This document shows, piece by piece, positions 1-9,800 of a stretch of 11,639 bases of DNA. Both the position numbers and the translations under genes were made by a program. The first letter of the stretch is position 1, and every line of letters starts with the position of its first letter. The stretch is taken from the UHGV virus genome UHGV-0070899. One strand, written 5' to 3'. The DNA comes from a virus. Below the pieces are notes generated by a model. That model ran no database searches. It saw only the letters and a program-made list of their open reading frames with translations, and was not told where the DNA came from.

Positions 1-69
1 AGTATTTTTAGTCATCCTGTTTACCTCTTTCTCAGGAAGTTTAGTCTCCAGGATTCCCGGGGCGGTTCA
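1..69 (-). mobile_element. Partial IS3-family insertion sequence (IS629/IS1203-like): terminal inverted repeat plus first 5 codons of orfA; element body lies left of the window
   Basis: Reverse complement of 1-69 reads TGAACCGCCCCGGGAATCCTGGAGACTAAACTTCCTGAGAAAGAGGTAAACAGG-ATGACTAAAAATACT, which I recognise from memory as the IS629 left end and the MTKNT start of its OrfA. Nearly identical inverted copy at 11571-11639. Confidence 0.75.
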
Positions 70-70
70 G

Positions 71-160
71 TCTGGTAAGTGCCGTATTGCTGTGTGGTAT
101 TCAGCATGTGCTGTACGACCAGAGGCAATTGGTGTTGGTCTGCCTAACCAGACTGCGTGA
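71..160 (+). pseudogene. 3-prime fragment of the P22-type major coat protein gene (last 29 codons), truncated upstream by the IS
   Basis: Frame open from the IS boundary to TGA at 158-160 translates [29 protein letters not shown], closely matching the recalled P22 gp5 C-terminus (...[27 protein letters not shown]). A terminator follows. Confidence 0.75.
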
Positions 161-167
161 TAACCAG

Positions 168-192
168 AGGGAGCTTCGGCTCCCTTTTTTAT
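168..192 (+). terminator. Rho-independent terminator after the coat gene
   Basis: Stem GGGAGC (169-174), loop TTCG, stem GCTCCC (179-184), then a run of six T (185-190). Confidence 0.6.
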
Positions 193-204
193 CTGGAGAC
201 AAGC

Positions 205-441
205 ATGACACACATGATCTTTCGTCATGGCGACATGAAGAAGTGGAAAGGCGTTGGCTACGACTTTGAAATCGTGAAAGCCGAAGAGCTTCAGGAATAT
301 CTGGATGCTGGTTGGTTTTCACATCCTGATGACCTTTTGAAGGATGTTGCAGAGCCAGAGCCAGAGCCAGAAGAAAAACAGCGTAAAAAGCCTGGTCGAA
401 AACCTAAGGCGGCAGCAGATGAACCTGACAACGAAGGGTGA
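205..441 (+). CDS. Small hypothetical protein (78 aa), acidic PEPEPE stretch and basic KKPGRKPK tail; occupies the slot between coat and gene 4
   Basis: ATG at 205 preceded by GGAG (195-198) with a 6-nt spacer. The longer GTG-157 version in the ORF track would run through the terminator, so it was trimmed. Overlaps the next gene's start by 23 nt. Confidence 0.5.
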   Translation: MTHMIFRHGDMKKWKGVGYDFEIVKAEELQEYLDAGWFSHPDDLLKDVAEPEPEPEEKQRKKPGRKPKAAADEPDNEG

Positions 442-919
442 TTTAGTCCTTGCAGCATTACGTAAGCTCGGTGTTGCATCAAATGCCACGTTAACCGATG
501 TCGAACCGCAGTCTATGGAAGACGGGGTCAACGACCTTGAAATGATGATGGCTGAATGGCTTGGCGGTGATGTGTCACCTGGTATCAACGTTGGCTACAT
601 TTTTGCTGATGCAGATGTCGCTCCGGATCCGGGCGATGAGCACGGCTTATCAAATAACGCTATCAATGCCGTCATTTTCAACCTTGCCTGCCGCATTGCT
701 CCAGATTATGCGCTGGAAGCGTCAGCAAAACTTATAACCACTGCCAGATACGGGAAAGAGCGACTCGTCAAACTGTCTGCAATGGACAGAGCAAAAGCCG
801 CTAAATGTAAGTCCGGTTATCCAAACCGTATGCCTGTTGGTAGCGGTAATCAGTTGGCGAAGTGGAACGGTTGGAATTACTTCCACCGGAAGGAACCTTG
901 CGATAACGGGAGCGAATAA
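419..919 (+). CDS. P22 gp4-like tail accessory / head-completion protein (166 aa)
   Basis: From ATG 419 the protein reads [47 protein letters not shown]... and later [27 protein letters not shown], matching recalled P22 gp4 ([33 protein letters not shown]...[14 protein letters not shown]). Same length as P22 gp4. The ORF-track start at 344 is an upstream extension. Confidence 0.85.
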   Translation: MNLTTKGDLVLAALRKLGVASNATLTDVEPQSMEDGVNDLEMMMAEWLGGDVSPGINVGYIFADADVAPDPGDEHGLSNNAINAVIFNLACRIAPDYALEASAKLITTARYGKERLVKLSAMDRAKAAKCKSGYPNRMPVGSGNQLAKWNGWNYFHRKEPCDNGSE

Positions 920-2338
920 ATGCCGATTCAGCAACTTCCGCTTATGAAAGGTGTCGGCAAAGACTTTCGAAACGCCGACTATATCGACTATCTGCCAGTG
1001 AATATGTTGGCTACACCCAAAGAAATCCTGAACAGCAGCGGATATCTTCGCTCATTCCCGGGCATTGCCAAACGTTCTGATGTGAACGGCGTATCGCGAG
1101 GCGTCGAGTACAACATGGCACAGAATGCTGTTTATCGCGTGTGTGGTGGCAAACTGTATAAGGGCGAAAGTGAGGTCGGTGATGTTGCCGGAAGTGGTCG
1201 CGTATCAATGGCGCATGGTCGAACATCACAGGCGGTAGGCGTTAACGGGCAACTGGTCGAATACCGCTATGATGGCACGGTTAAAACCGTCTCAAACTGG
1301 CCTGCAGACAGCGGGTTTATGCAGTATGAGTTAGGTTCTGTTCGCGACATTACGCGTTTACGTGGGCGTTATGCGTGGTCAAAAGACGGCACTGATTCAT
1401 GGTTTATCACTGACCCTGAAGACGAATCGCATCCTGACCGCTACAGCGCACAATATCGAGCCGAGTCTCAGCCTGACGGCATCATCGGCATCGGAACATG
1501 GCGAGACTTCATCGTCTGCTTTGGTTCATCGACGATTGAATATTTCTCCCTGACGGGGGCAACCACCGTTGGTGCCGCTTTGTATGTCGCACAGCCATCG
1601 CTGATGGTGCAGAAAGGCATTGCCGGGACTTACTGCAAAACGCCGTTCGCCGATTCGTATGCGTTCATCAGCAATCCGGCAACAGGTGCGCCGTCTGTGT
1701 ATATCATCGGCTCCGGTCAGGTATCACCAATCGCCAGCGCGAGCATTGAGAAAATTCTTCGCTCCTACACTGCTGATGAACTGGCTGATGGTGTGATGGA
1801 ATCGCTGCGATTTGATGCGCATGAACTGCTGATTATCCACCTTCCGCGCCACGTCCTCGTGTACGACGCATCTTCAAGCGCCAATGGTCCGCAATGGTGT
1901 GTGTTGAAAACAGGCCTGTATGACGATGTGTACCGCGCTATCGACTTCATTTACGAAGGAAATCAGATAACGTGCGGCGATAAGCTGGAATCGGTTACCG
2001 GGAAATTGCAGTTCGATATCAGCAGCCAGTATGGGCTACAGCAAGAACACCTGCTGTTTACTCCGTTGTTCAAAGCGGATAACGCCAGATGCTTTGATCT
2101 GGAGGTGGAATCATCGACGGGTGTTGCTCAGTACGCTGACCGCCTGTTCCTCTCTGCAACCACTGACGGCATAAATTACGGGCGTGAGCAGATGATTGAG
2201 CAGAATGAACCGTTCGTTTACGACAAACGCGTTTTGTGGAAGCGAGTAGGGCGCATCAGGAAAAATGTTGGCTTCAAACTGCGCGTTATCACTAAGTCGC
2301 CTGTCACTCTGTCTGGCGCTCAGATAAGGATTGAGTAA
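920..2338 (+). CDS. P22 gp10-like tail accessory protein (472 aa)
   Basis: Same length as P22 gp10 and in the expected position after gp4. Stop of the upstream gene abuts the ATG (TAA-ATG); GGAG at about 909-912. Confidence 0.8.
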   Translation: MPIQQLPLMKGVGKDFRNADYIDYLPVNMLATPKEILNSSGYLRSFPGIAKRSDVNGVSRGVEYNMAQNAVYRVCGGKLYKGESEVGDVAGSGRVSMAHGRTSQAVGVNGQLVEYRYDGTVKTVSNWPADSGFMQYELGSVRDITRLRGRYAWSKDGTDSWFITDPEDESHPDRYSAQYRAESQPDGIIGIGTWRDFIVCFGSSTIEYFSLTGATTVGAALYVAQPSLMVQKGIAGTYCKTPFADSYAFISNPATGAPSVYIIGSGQVSPIASASIEKILRSYTADELADGVMESLRFDAHELLIIHLPRHVLVYDASSSANGPQWCVLKTGLYDDVYRAIDFIYEGNQITCGDKLESVTGKLQFDISSQYGLQQEHLLFTPLFKADNARCFDLEVESSTGVAQYADRLFLSATTDGINYGREQMIEQNEPFVYDKRVLWKRVGRIRKNVGFKLRVITKSPVTLSGAQIRIE

Positions 2339-3186
2339 TGGCGGATTCGAATCTCAATGTGCCGGTAATCATTCAGGCTACACGGCTCGACACATCAGTC
2401 CTTCCACGCAATATCTTCTCGCAGTCGTATCTGCTTTACGTTATCGCACAGGGTACTGATGTTGGTAATGTGGCTAACAAGGCCAACGAGGCCGGACAGG
2501 GCGCTTATGACGCACAAGTCAGGAACGATGAGCAGGATGTGATTCTCGCTGACCATGAGCAGCGAATTTCTGCTGCGGAAGCAACGCTTGTTAATCATGA
2601 GGAGCGAATCAGCCAGGCAGAATCAACTCTTCAGGAACATGAAACACGAATAGCTCAGAATGAAAGCGATATTGCGTCGCTTGATACCAGAGTTCAGTCG
2701 CTGGAATCGCAGGTTTCAGACCATGAAACGCGCATCGATGCTCTGGAGTATGCCACTACTCGCAAGAAGTCAGAGGTTGTTTACTCTGGCGTATCTGTAA
2801 CCATCCCGACAGCGCCGACCAGCCTTGTTAGCCTGCTGAAAACGCTCACGCCATCATCCGGCACGTTGGCACCATTCTTCGACACCGTTAACAACAAGAT
2901 GGTTGTGTTCAACGAGAACAAAACCTTGTTCTTCAAGCTGTCGATCGTCGGGACGTGGCCCAGCGGAACCGCAAACAGGTCAATGCAGCTAACCTTTTCC
3001 GGATCTGTTCCTGACACACTGGTTAGCAGTCGTAATGCGGCGACAACAACCGACAACATCCTGTTAGCTACGTTCTTCAGCGTGGATAAAGACGGCTTTC
3101 TTGCCACAAATGGCAGTACGTTAACCATTCAGTCAAATGGGGCGGCGTTTACTGCCACAACCATCAAAATCATTGCGGAGCAGTGA
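2338..3186 (+). CDS. Tail needle (P22 gp26 family) with heptad coiled-coil core and extra C-terminal knob-type domain (282 aa)
   Basis: N-terminus [43 protein letters not shown] resembles the gp26 N-terminal domain. Residues 72-138 are regular heptads ([21 protein letters not shown] ...). The C-terminal ~140 aa is absent from P22 gp26 (233 aa), and the 282-aa length matches what I recall for the Sf6 needle. Start overlaps the gp10 stop (TAATG). Confidence 0.85.
   Translation: MADSNLNVPVIIQATRLDTSVLPRNIFSQSYLLYVIAQGTDVGNVANKANEAGQGAYDAQVRNDEQDVILADHEQRISAAEATLVNHEERISQAESTLQEHETRIAQNESDIASLDTRVQSLESQVSDHETRIDALEYATTRKKSEVVYSGVSVTIPTAPTSLVSLLKTLTPSSGTLAPFFDTVNNKMVVFNENKTLFFKLSIVGTWPSGTANRSMQLTFSGSVPDTLVSSRNAATTTDNILLATFFSVDKDGFLATNGSTLTIQSNGAAFTATTIKIIAEQ
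2551..2751 (+). repeat. Degenerate in-frame tandem repeat (about 42-nt unit, 14 codons; HE-RI---E-TL-- x about 4.5) encoding the needle coiled coil
   Basis: Periodic protein motif [15 protein letters not shown] / [14 protein letters not shown] / [14 protein letters not shown] / [14 protein letters not shown] / [10 protein letters not shown] read from the translation. Confidence 0.5.
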
Positions 3187-3653
3187 TGGAAATAAAGCTC
3201 ATCGATAATCCGGTGAAGCTTGCAGAATTCCTCAACAACCCGGCAAACACGGGAAATATCGTAGACAGTGGAGATAGATACTACATCAAGCCTGATGCGG
3301 TATATCTCGGCATCTACGAAGGATTAGTGTTGGCTGGCGTTCATGAAGTGCGTAACTTCTGGCATAGCGTTGTTGAATGCCATGCGGTGTACGCCCCCGG
3401 ATTCCGTGGCGAATATGCACTGCAAGGGCATCGATTATTCTGCAAATGGCTTCTCGAAAACTCACCATTCCTTAACAGCATTACCATGGTTCCTGACACC
3501 ACGAAATACGGACGGTCAATTATCCGTTTGCTTGGCGCTACCCGTGTTGGTCACCTTGATGATGCGTACATGAGTAACGGAAAACCGGTTGGAATCACCC
3601 TCTATCAATTACCTCGTTCGAAATATGAGGAGCTAATAAATGTTAGTACTTAG
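3186..3653 (+). CDS. Virion protein in the P22 gene 14 position (about 155 aa); function inferred from synteny only
   Basis: ATG at 3186 overlaps the needle gene stop (TGATGG). Lies between needle and ejection-protein genes as in P22. I do not recognise the sequence itself. Confidence 0.55.
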   Translation: MEIKLIDNPVKLAEFLNNPANTGNIVDSGDRYYIKPDAVYLGIYEGLVLAGVHEVRNFWHSVVECHAVYAPGFRGEYALQGHRLFCKWLLENSPFLNSITMVPDTTKYGRSIIRLLGATRVGHLDDAYMSNGKPVGITLYQLPRSKYEELINVST

Positions 3654-4299
3654 CGAAAGCTTCAAGAATAAATTGCTTCCCATGAATGGGTATATGAAAG
3701 GCGGCAGCGACTCCGGCTCTAAAGCCCAGGCACGCGCAACTGAAAAGGGTATCGAATTGCAGCGCGAAATGTGGCAGACGAACATGCAGAACCTTGCACC
3801 GTTCACGCCACTCGCTCAGCAGTATGTATCAGAGTTGCAGAATCTTTCCTCTCTTCAGGGGCAAGGTCAGGCGCTTAACCAGTATTACAACTCCCAGCAG
3901 TATAAAGACCTTGCAGGGCAGGCGCGTTACCAGAGTCTGGCAGCAGCAGAGGCAACGGGTGGATTAGGCTCTACAGCAACAGGAAACCAGTTAGCAGCAA
4001 TCGCACCTACACTCGGTCAAAACTGGCTGTCAGGTCAGATGAACAACTACAACAATCTGGCAAACATTGGCCTTGGTGCTCTTACAGGTCAGGCAAACGC
4101 CGGGCAGAACTACGCTAACAACGTCAGCCAGTTGTATCAACAGCAGGCGGCGGCAGCGGCAGCAAATGCCAATAAACCGTCTGGTTTTCAGAGTGCTCTC
4201 GGTGGAGCTGCTGCAGGTGCTGCGATGGGTGCTGCAATCATGCCTGGTTGGGGTACAGCAATTGGTGCTGGCGTCGGTCTTCTTGGTTCACTTTTTTAA
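3640..4299 (+). CDS. Ejection (DNA-transfer) protein, P22 gp7-like (219 aa)
   Basis: Strong SD GAGGAG 7 nt upstream of ATG 3640. Size and position match P22 gp7. Gln/Asn-rich middle and Gly/Ala-rich hydrophobic C-terminus. Confidence 0.7.
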   Translation: MLVLSESFKNKLLPMNGYMKGGSDSGSKAQARATEKGIELQREMWQTNMQNLAPFTPLAQQYVSELQNLSSLQGQGQALNQYYNSQQYKDLAGQARYQSLAAAEATGGLGSTATGNQLAAIAPTLGQNWLSGQMNNYNNLANIGLGALTGQANAGQNYANNVSQLYQQQAAAAAANANKPSGFQSALGGAAAGAAMGAAIMPGWGTAIGAGVGLLGSLF

Positions 4300-4311
4300 T
4301 GGAGGTGTCTC

Positions 4312-5724
4312 TTGGCTACATGGCAACAGGCTGGTAATTCAGGCGCGCTTCTTGCCGGGTTGGGCGGCATGAACTCCAACGCTCCAAGAGCAAGTGATGC
4401 AGACGCCACACTTGCATACATTCGACAGAACAACGAAATGGAACGATCAGGTCGCAATAACATCGGCCTTCAGGCGTTACAGGGACTTGGTAGTGTCGCT
4501 CAAATATATCAAGCCGCAAAGCAACAGGAAGAGAATGCTGAATTCCAAAAAGAATATGCGGCAGCCATCCAGTCAGGTGATCGACAGCAGGTGCGAGATC
4601 TGATGACCAAATATCCTGGTCAATTAGAGAAGATTCAGTCTGGTATGAAGTGGGCAGACGAAGACCAGCGTGATGAAATTGGCAATCTAGCGGCAGGCGC
4701 TCGTCTTGCGGCATCGTCTCCAGAAGCAATGCAATCATGGCTGCAAAACAACGCCAAGGAACTGACTCGCGTCGGTGTTGACCCTAATAACGTTGCTCAG
4801 ATGTATCAGCAGAATCCTTCAGGGTTTGGTGAGTTTGTTGATCACCTTGGAATGGCTGCTCTTGGCCCAATTGATTACTTCAATGTTCAGGACAAGATGG
4901 CTGGTCGTGAGATTGACCGAGGTAGGCTGGCAGAGACAATTCGCAGCAATCAGGCTGGCGAAGCACTTCAGGCGAGAGGGCAAAACCTTTCCTATCAGTC
5001 AGCAATGACTGGGCACAATATCGCAGCACAACGCTTGGCTCTGGATCAGCAAGAGTTCGGGTTTAAGATGCAGCAAGCACAGGAAAAGGCTCAGCAGTTG
5101 ATTAGCGAAGCACCTAAGCTGTCAGTAAACATGGAAAAAGGCATTGAGACGGCTGTAAACAATGCCACAGCATCATCAAATTCAGCCAATTCTATGAGTG
5201 CGCTAGCTCAACAGTTCAGAGCAGAAAAACCAACGACAGGTTTGTTCGGTAACGCACAGAACATGTTCGCAAAACTTACCGGAAGCGATACGACATTGCG
5301 TGATTTGCGCATTCGCCAAAATGCCCTTGTTAACAGTCAGGTTCTTAAATTCCTACCTCCCGGCCCCGCAACGGATAAAGACGTTGAGATCGTTCGTCAG
5401 GGTGCACCAACTGACATGGATAACCCTGAGACGGTCGCAAGATGGCTTGATGCTATGGCAAACCTTGAGCGACGAAACGCGCAGTTTAATGAGTTTAAAG
5501 CCGAGTGGATGAGCGCGAATGGCAACCCTGGACAATCGCGTAATGGCGGTCAGATATTGGGGTTGGATGTTAAAAAAGGTGAATCATTGGGAAGTGCCGT
5601 TAAACGGTATATGTCAATGAATACTGACGCAGCGCCAGCGCAAGATTCGCCACCTTCAGGAGAACCACGGAATCAGGTTGGGTCATATACCTCAAAATCA
5701 GGCATTCAATTTACGGTGGAATGA
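4312..5724 (+). CDS. Ejection (DNA-transfer) protein, P22 gp20-like (470 aa), apparent TTG start
   Basis: Size matches P22 gp20 (about 471 aa) and order is conserved. GGAGG at 4301-4305 lies 6 nt before TTG 4312; there is no in-frame ATG until codon 20. Confidence 0.7.
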   Translation: MATWQQAGNSGALLAGLGGMNSNAPRASDADATLAYIRQNNEMERSGRNNIGLQALQGLGSVAQIYQAAKQQEENAEFQKEYAAAIQSGDRQQVRDLMTKYPGQLEKIQSGMKWADEDQRDEIGNLAAGARLAASSPEAMQSWLQNNAKELTRVGVDPNNVAQMYQQNPSGFGEFVDHLGMAALGPIDYFNVQDKMAGREIDRGRLAETIRSNQAGEALQARGQNLSYQSAMTGHNIAAQRLALDQQEFGFKMQQAQEKAQQLISEAPKLSVNMEKGIETAVNNATASSNSANSMSALAQQFRAEKPTTGLFGNAQNMFAKLTGSDTTLRDLRIRQNALVNSQVLKFLPPGPATDKDVEIVRQGAPTDMDNPETVARWLDAMANLERRNAQFNEFKAEWMSANGNPGQSRNGGQILGLDVKKGESLGSAVKRYMSMNTDAAPAQDSPPSGEPRNQVGSYTSKSGIQFTVE

Positions 5725-7664
5725 TGAAAGTAACTGCAAACGGTAAGACATTTACCTTCCCTGATGGTACGAGCACGGAAGATATTGGATCTGCAATTGA
5801 TGAGTATTTTGCTGGTCAGGCTGTTCAGCAGCAAACAGTTAATCAACCAACTCAAAACCAAGAGCAGCCTGTAGAACAGCAAGATGGATTTATGTCTGAC
5901 CTTGGCGAAGCAGTAAAAGAGACTGGTCGCGGACTGGTTCAGGCTGGCGTAAACGTGGCAAACATACCAGCATCAGTTGCCGATGCTGTAACAAGCGCGG
6001 CGGCATGGGCTGGCGGCAAACTCGGCATTGGCGATGGTACATATCAACCAGCGCCACGAGCAACAACGCAGGGATTAGAGCAGGTATTTGGACTTCAGCA
6101 AGGTGCTCTGACTCCACAAACGACAGAAGGTAGGGTGTTTGCGGAGGCATTGCCTTACCTGGCTACCGTTGGAGTTGGCGGCGCTTCAACGCAGGCTCCA
6201 ACACTTGCTGGTAGAATTACTCAAGGTGCAGCCCGTCTTCTGGCAGAAAACGCAGTCGGATCACTTGCCGCAAACAGTGAGAAAAATGATGCGGGAAAAC
6301 TGGCAACAGATATAGGTATTGGCATGCTAACAGGTGGTGCTGTTAATACTGTTGCAAAAGGGATTGGGCGTGGAATAACAGCCTTTAAAGGTGATATTGC
6401 GCCAGAAGTGGCGAAAAAAATTGCCACATCAGAATCGATGGGCGTGACACCAATGACATCTGATGTTATCACGCCGAAAAATGCTTTCACTCGCGGCCTT
6501 ACTCAGGATGCCGAGGGGGCTTTGCTCGGGACAGGCTCAAAGCGAGCGGAGCAATATGCAACGCGTAGTAAGTTGGTAAGTAATTATTTTGACCGTTTTG
6601 GTGAGTACAACCCGGATGATGTGGTGAAATCTCTGACCACCACGTTAAGGGGACGGAAGGATGCCGCTGGCGCTGTTATCAATGACGTCACCAATAAAAT
6701 GGGTAATGCCGCAGTTGATACCACAAATACCATGAATGCTCTGAATACAGCGATCGCAAGACAGGAACGGCTTGGGACGTCTGCCAATCAAAGCCTGCTT
6801 ACATCATTGCGTAACCTACGTGAAGAATTAGCAAACCCTGCAACTGATTTGGATGTTACGTTTGATCTCTTGCGTCAGCACAGAACAGCATTTAGATCCA
6901 ATGTTCAGGGAGATGCTATGGTCTTCCCCAACCAGGCAAAAGCAGCTACCAATATGGTAGAGAATGCAATGTCAAAAGATCTTCGTAACGCAGTTGCAAA
7001 AAACCTCGGTGCATCAGACGCAGCAAAATACCTTAAAGCAAACTCCGATTATGCAAACGTTTATAATAAGGTGCTTAATAAAAACATTGCTAACAAGCTC
7101 AACAAGGCAAGCAGTGAAGCCAGTCCTGAACTTATAAATACCGTTGTATTAAGCAGAAAACCATCTGACGTGAAACGAATCTGGAGCGCATTGGATGATA
7201 AAGGGAAAGATGCTATGCGTGCAGCTTACGTCAGCAAAATGGCGGAAAAGGCCGGTGACTCTCCAGCCAAGTTCATCACTGAAGTTAATAAGCTTAAATC
7301 TCAGTCAGGCGGTGAAATTTACAACACTATTTTTTCTGGAAAGCACATGAAAGAGCTTGATGCTCTTCATGAAGTTCTACAGCAAACAGCAAGGTCAGAC
7401 ACCGCAAATGTAGTAACTCAGACGGGGCAATCGCAAGCCAACAGGATAAGGACGATTGGCGCAACTGCGACTCTTGGCGTATCAATGGGGCTTGAGGCTG
7501 GTTTCGGTGCAATGATGCGCTTGTATGAGTCCAAAGCAGCAAGGAATGCTCTCTTACGTCTGGCAAACACCAAAGCAGGAACACCAGCCTATGAAAGAGC
7601 GCTAAATAATGCTGCAAATGCTATACGCCCTATACTTGCACCCCAAATTACAGCAGAACAATAG
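5721..7664 (+). CDS. Ejection (DNA-transfer) protein, P22 gp16-like (647 aa)
   Basis: N-terminus [33 protein letters not shown] matches my recollection of P22 gp16. Start overlaps the gp20 stop (ATGA). Last gene before the tailspike. Confidence 0.75.
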   Translation: MMKVTANGKTFTFPDGTSTEDIGSAIDEYFAGQAVQQQTVNQPTQNQEQPVEQQDGFMSDLGEAVKETGRGLVQAGVNVANIPASVADAVTSAAAWAGGKLGIGDGTYQPAPRATTQGLEQVFGLQQGALTPQTTEGRVFAEALPYLATVGVGGASTQAPTLAGRITQGAARLLAENAVGSLAANSEKNDAGKLATDIGIGMLTGGAVNTVAKGIGRGITAFKGDIAPEVAKKIATSESMGVTPMTSDVITPKNAFTRGLTQDAEGALLGTGSKRAEQYATRSKLVSNYFDRFGEYNPDDVVKSLTTTLRGRKDAAGAVINDVTNKMGNAAVDTTNTMNALNTAIARQERLGTSANQSLLTSLRNLREELANPATDLDVTFDLLRQHRTAFRSNVQGDAMVFPNQAKAATNMVENAMSKDLRNAVAKNLGASDAAKYLKANSDYANVYNKVLNKNIANKLNKASSEASPELINTVVLSRKPSDVKRIWSALDDKGKDAMRAAYVSKMAEKAGDSPAKFITEVNKLKSQSGGEIYNTIFSGKHMKELDALHEVLQQTARSDTANVVTQTGQSQANRIRTIGATATLGVSMGLEAGFGAMMRLYESKAARNALLRLANTKAGTPAYERALNNAANAIRPILAPQITAEQ

Positions 7665-7715
7665 AATAAATAATTAACTAAGCACATAACTACTGACAGA
7701 TAACCAACGCAACGA

Positions 7716-7738
7716 CCCAGCTTCGGCTGGGGTTTTTT
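7716..7738 (+). terminator. Rho-independent terminator between gp16 and the tailspike gene
   Basis: Stem CCCAGC (7716-7721), loop TTCG, stem GCTGGG (7726-7731), then G plus six T (7733-7738). Confidence 0.6.
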
Positions 7739-7797
7739 ATGCCCAAAATTCACCGTGGCCATGCTGCGGCGATTCCTTGTATCTGGAGCAAATTAAA

Positions 7798-9759
7798 ATG
7801 ACAGATTCAATAAATGCCAATGTTGTAGTGAGCATGCCTTCTCAACTCTTCACTATGGCGCGTTCTTTTAAAGCCGTAGCCAATGGAAAAATTTATATCG
7901 GTAAAATTGACACTGACCCGGTAAATCCTGAAAACCAGATTCAGGTTTATGTGGAGAACGAAGACGGCTCTCACGTTCCTGTTTCGCAACCAATCATCAT
8001 TAACGCCGCTGGTTACCCTGTATATAACGGACAGATTGCCAAGTTCGTTACTGTGCAGGGTCATTCTATGGCTGTTTATGATGCATATAGTGCACAGCAG
8101 TTCTATTTTCCAAACGTGCTGAAGTATGACCCTGATCAGTTGCGACAAGAACTTGCTGGTCCTGATGGATATACTTTAATTCCGTCTATGCCAATACATA
8201 TTCAAATGCAAAAATGGCGTGACGATGGTGATATTAGGGGATGGGGATGTGTTTGCGATGGCGTTGCTGATGATTCAGACAACTTTCAGGCTGCAATTGT
8301 TTATTCAGAAGCGCACGATCGGCAATTATTTATTCCTGGGCCGATAAGAATCACGAAGAAAATCACGTTTACAAAGCCCCCTCAGTTACGTGGTTTCATG
8401 TACTCGCCGCCAGTAATTGGTAATTTTCAGGGCACCCCATACGCACACAAGGGATGCATAATCTATTCAGAGGTTGCATCTGGGTACTGCATAGAAATAA
8501 ACCCGCCAAGTAATAATCAGTACATACGCGGTCTGAACATTATTGACGTTCACGTACTGGCAAGTGGACCAGGTGTTTCAGGAGCTGGAGTATTAATAGC
8601 AAACTGCGGATGGGGTGGTTATGTTCGTGGACTTGTTGTTGAAGGATTCCATGGTGGTGGGCTGACTCTAAGTCAGTTGCAAGATACACTTTTTGACCAA
8701 TTGGAAATTCTAGATTGCGGAACAGATGGTGATGTATCTGGTGCCGGTAGATATGCTTTAACAATCAATAATGGCTCCAACATCCTGGCATTCAACAGAT
8801 GCAGGATGGAAGCTAACAACGCGCAAATGCATATTATTAATGGGGGCCATTTCGAGTTTAACAATTGCCATTTTGAGCAAGGTGATTATCCGAATTGTTC
8901 TCTTGGTCAAGAGTTTCAGAGAATAAATAGATATCCATCTATTGTATTGCAGCGGTGCAGCAATGTGAAATTTATAGGTGGTATGATTTTTGGTGCGACA
9001 CTTCAGCAACAGATGTCTGTTCATTCGGTAACTCCATCTCAGGCAGCATACAACTTTTCTATTGGAGGTGACTGCACGAACGTAATATTTGAAGGGACAA
9101 CCTTAGGATTTGGGTATGGGTCAGGAAAAATTATAGAGCACCATGGAAGTGGAAGTTTCAGTAATTGTAACTTTGAAAATATGTGCACAGAAGTAGCCCC
9201 AATTATACTCGACGGTAGTATTCTGTTTACAGGAAATAATGTTAGTTATACCGATAATTTAAGCAGCAATGTCTTTATAGGAATGGAAGCATACCTTGCA
9301 ACTATCAAAGGTAATTTCTTCGGTTGCATAAATAGTTCATCTGTAAATAAAACATCTGGAGCTTTGTTTACTGGCAGCAAATTAAGAAAGGCAAGGCTTG
9401 GTATCAATCAATATGTCATAAGCAAGATGAGCATGTTTACAGACGGAGGTTTGATATCCATAGACCAAAGCACTGAGGGATTCAGTCCCTTGTCAACAGG
9501 AACTCCAGCCATCAATGCATCAAGTCCTAATACGATTTACTTTTTTAGCTCTCCAGGAACCGTCACTGATTTTACAGGAATCATTGATAATCAGAGGCCT
9601 ACATTCTTAAATGCCAGCTCTGGAAACGTCACATTTCAAAATGGCCCCGCCCTTCATTGCAAGGGAGGAGTTAATGCGGTTGTCCCTCCTGGCGAGATGA
9701 TCACATTTATGTACAGTGGATTTTCTGGAGTCAAGCTAGAGATTAGCAGGACATTTTGA
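7798..9759 (+). CDS. Tailspike: P22-family head-binding domain (residues 1 to about 114) fused to a distinct beta-helix-like receptor-binding domain (653 aa)
   Basis: From ATG 7798: [60 protein letters not shown]...NVLKYDPDQ, matching the conserved P22 gp9 / Sf6 / HK620 N-terminal domain. The remainder is Gly/Asn/Ser-rich with repeated rung-like motifs ([18 protein letters not shown]). GGAG 9 nt upstream. The ORF-track start at 7777 is a TTG extension. Confidence 0.9.
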   Translation: MTDSINANVVVSMPSQLFTMARSFKAVANGKIYIGKIDTDPVNPENQIQVYVENEDGSHVPVSQPIIINAAGYPVYNGQIAKFVTVQGHSMAVYDAYSAQQFYFPNVLKYDPDQLRQELAGPDGYTLIPSMPIHIQMQKWRDDGDIRGWGCVCDGVADDSDNFQAAIVYSEAHDRQLFIPGPIRITKKITFTKPPQLRGFMYSPPVIGNFQGTPYAHKGCIIYSEVASGYCIEINPPSNNQYIRGLNIIDVHVLASGPGVSGAGVLIANCGWGGYVRGLVVEGFHGGGLTLSQLQDTLFDQLEILDCGTDGDVSGAGRYALTINNGSNILAFNRCRMEANNAQMHIINGGHFEFNNCHFEQGDYPNCSLGQEFQRINRYPSIVLQRCSNVKFIGGMIFGATLQQQMSVHSVTPSQAAYNFSIGGDCTNVIFEGTTLGFGYGSGKIIEHHGSGSFSNCNFENMCTEVAPIILDGSILFTGNNVSYTDNLSSNVFIGMEAYLATIKGNFFGCINSSSVNKTSGALFTGSKLRKARLGINQYVISKMSMFTDGGLISIDQSTEGFSPLSTGTPAINASSPNTIYFFSSPGTVTDFTGIIDNQRPTFLNASSGNVTFQNGPALHCKGGVNAVVPPGEMITFMYSGFSGVKLEISRTF

Positions 9760-9767
9760 AATTATAT

Positions 9768-9784
9768 GCCCCTTGGATAGGGGC
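9768..9784. terminator. Hairpin between the convergent tailspike and GNAT genes, possibly a bidirectional terminator
   Basis: GCCCCT-TGGAT-AGGGGC, followed by AT-rich sequence on both sides. Sits between the tailspike stop (9757-9759) and the GNAT stop (9801-9803). Confidence 0.4.
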
Positions 9785-9800
9785 GATTTCATAGTATTTA

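Noticed and set aside
157-204. GTG-initiated N-terminal extension of the 205-441 ORF
   Set aside because: The extension would be translated through the terminator stem-loop; the ATG at 205 has a correctly spaced GGAG.
87-269. 60-aa + strand ORF (TTG start) spanning the coat terminus, terminator and start of the small ORF
   Set aside because: It is in the wrong frame relative to the recognisable coat C-terminus and runs across the terminator hairpin; no SD.
344-418. N-terminal extension of the gp4-like ORF ([11 protein letters not shown]...)
   Set aside because: Homology to P22 gp4 begins exactly at the ATG at 419 ([10 protein letters not shown]...); the extension is the tail of the upstream ORF in another frame.
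4316-4738. 140-aa minus-strand ORF antisense to the gp20-like gene
   Set aside because: Fully embedded antisense to a syntenic, well-supported gene; no SD; composition looks like an antisense artefact. The same applies to the minus-strand ORFs at 5890-6150, 6221-6490, 6584-6787, 7327-7617, 7807-8148, 8540-9024, 1011-1229, 1765-1950, 2395-2598, 2781-3128 and 3286-3468.
7777-7797. TTG-initiated extension of the tailspike ORF (MYLEQIK)
   Set aside because: The conserved tailspike N-terminus starts at ATG 7798 (MTDSINAN...), and the GGAG at 7785-7788 is positioned for that ATG.
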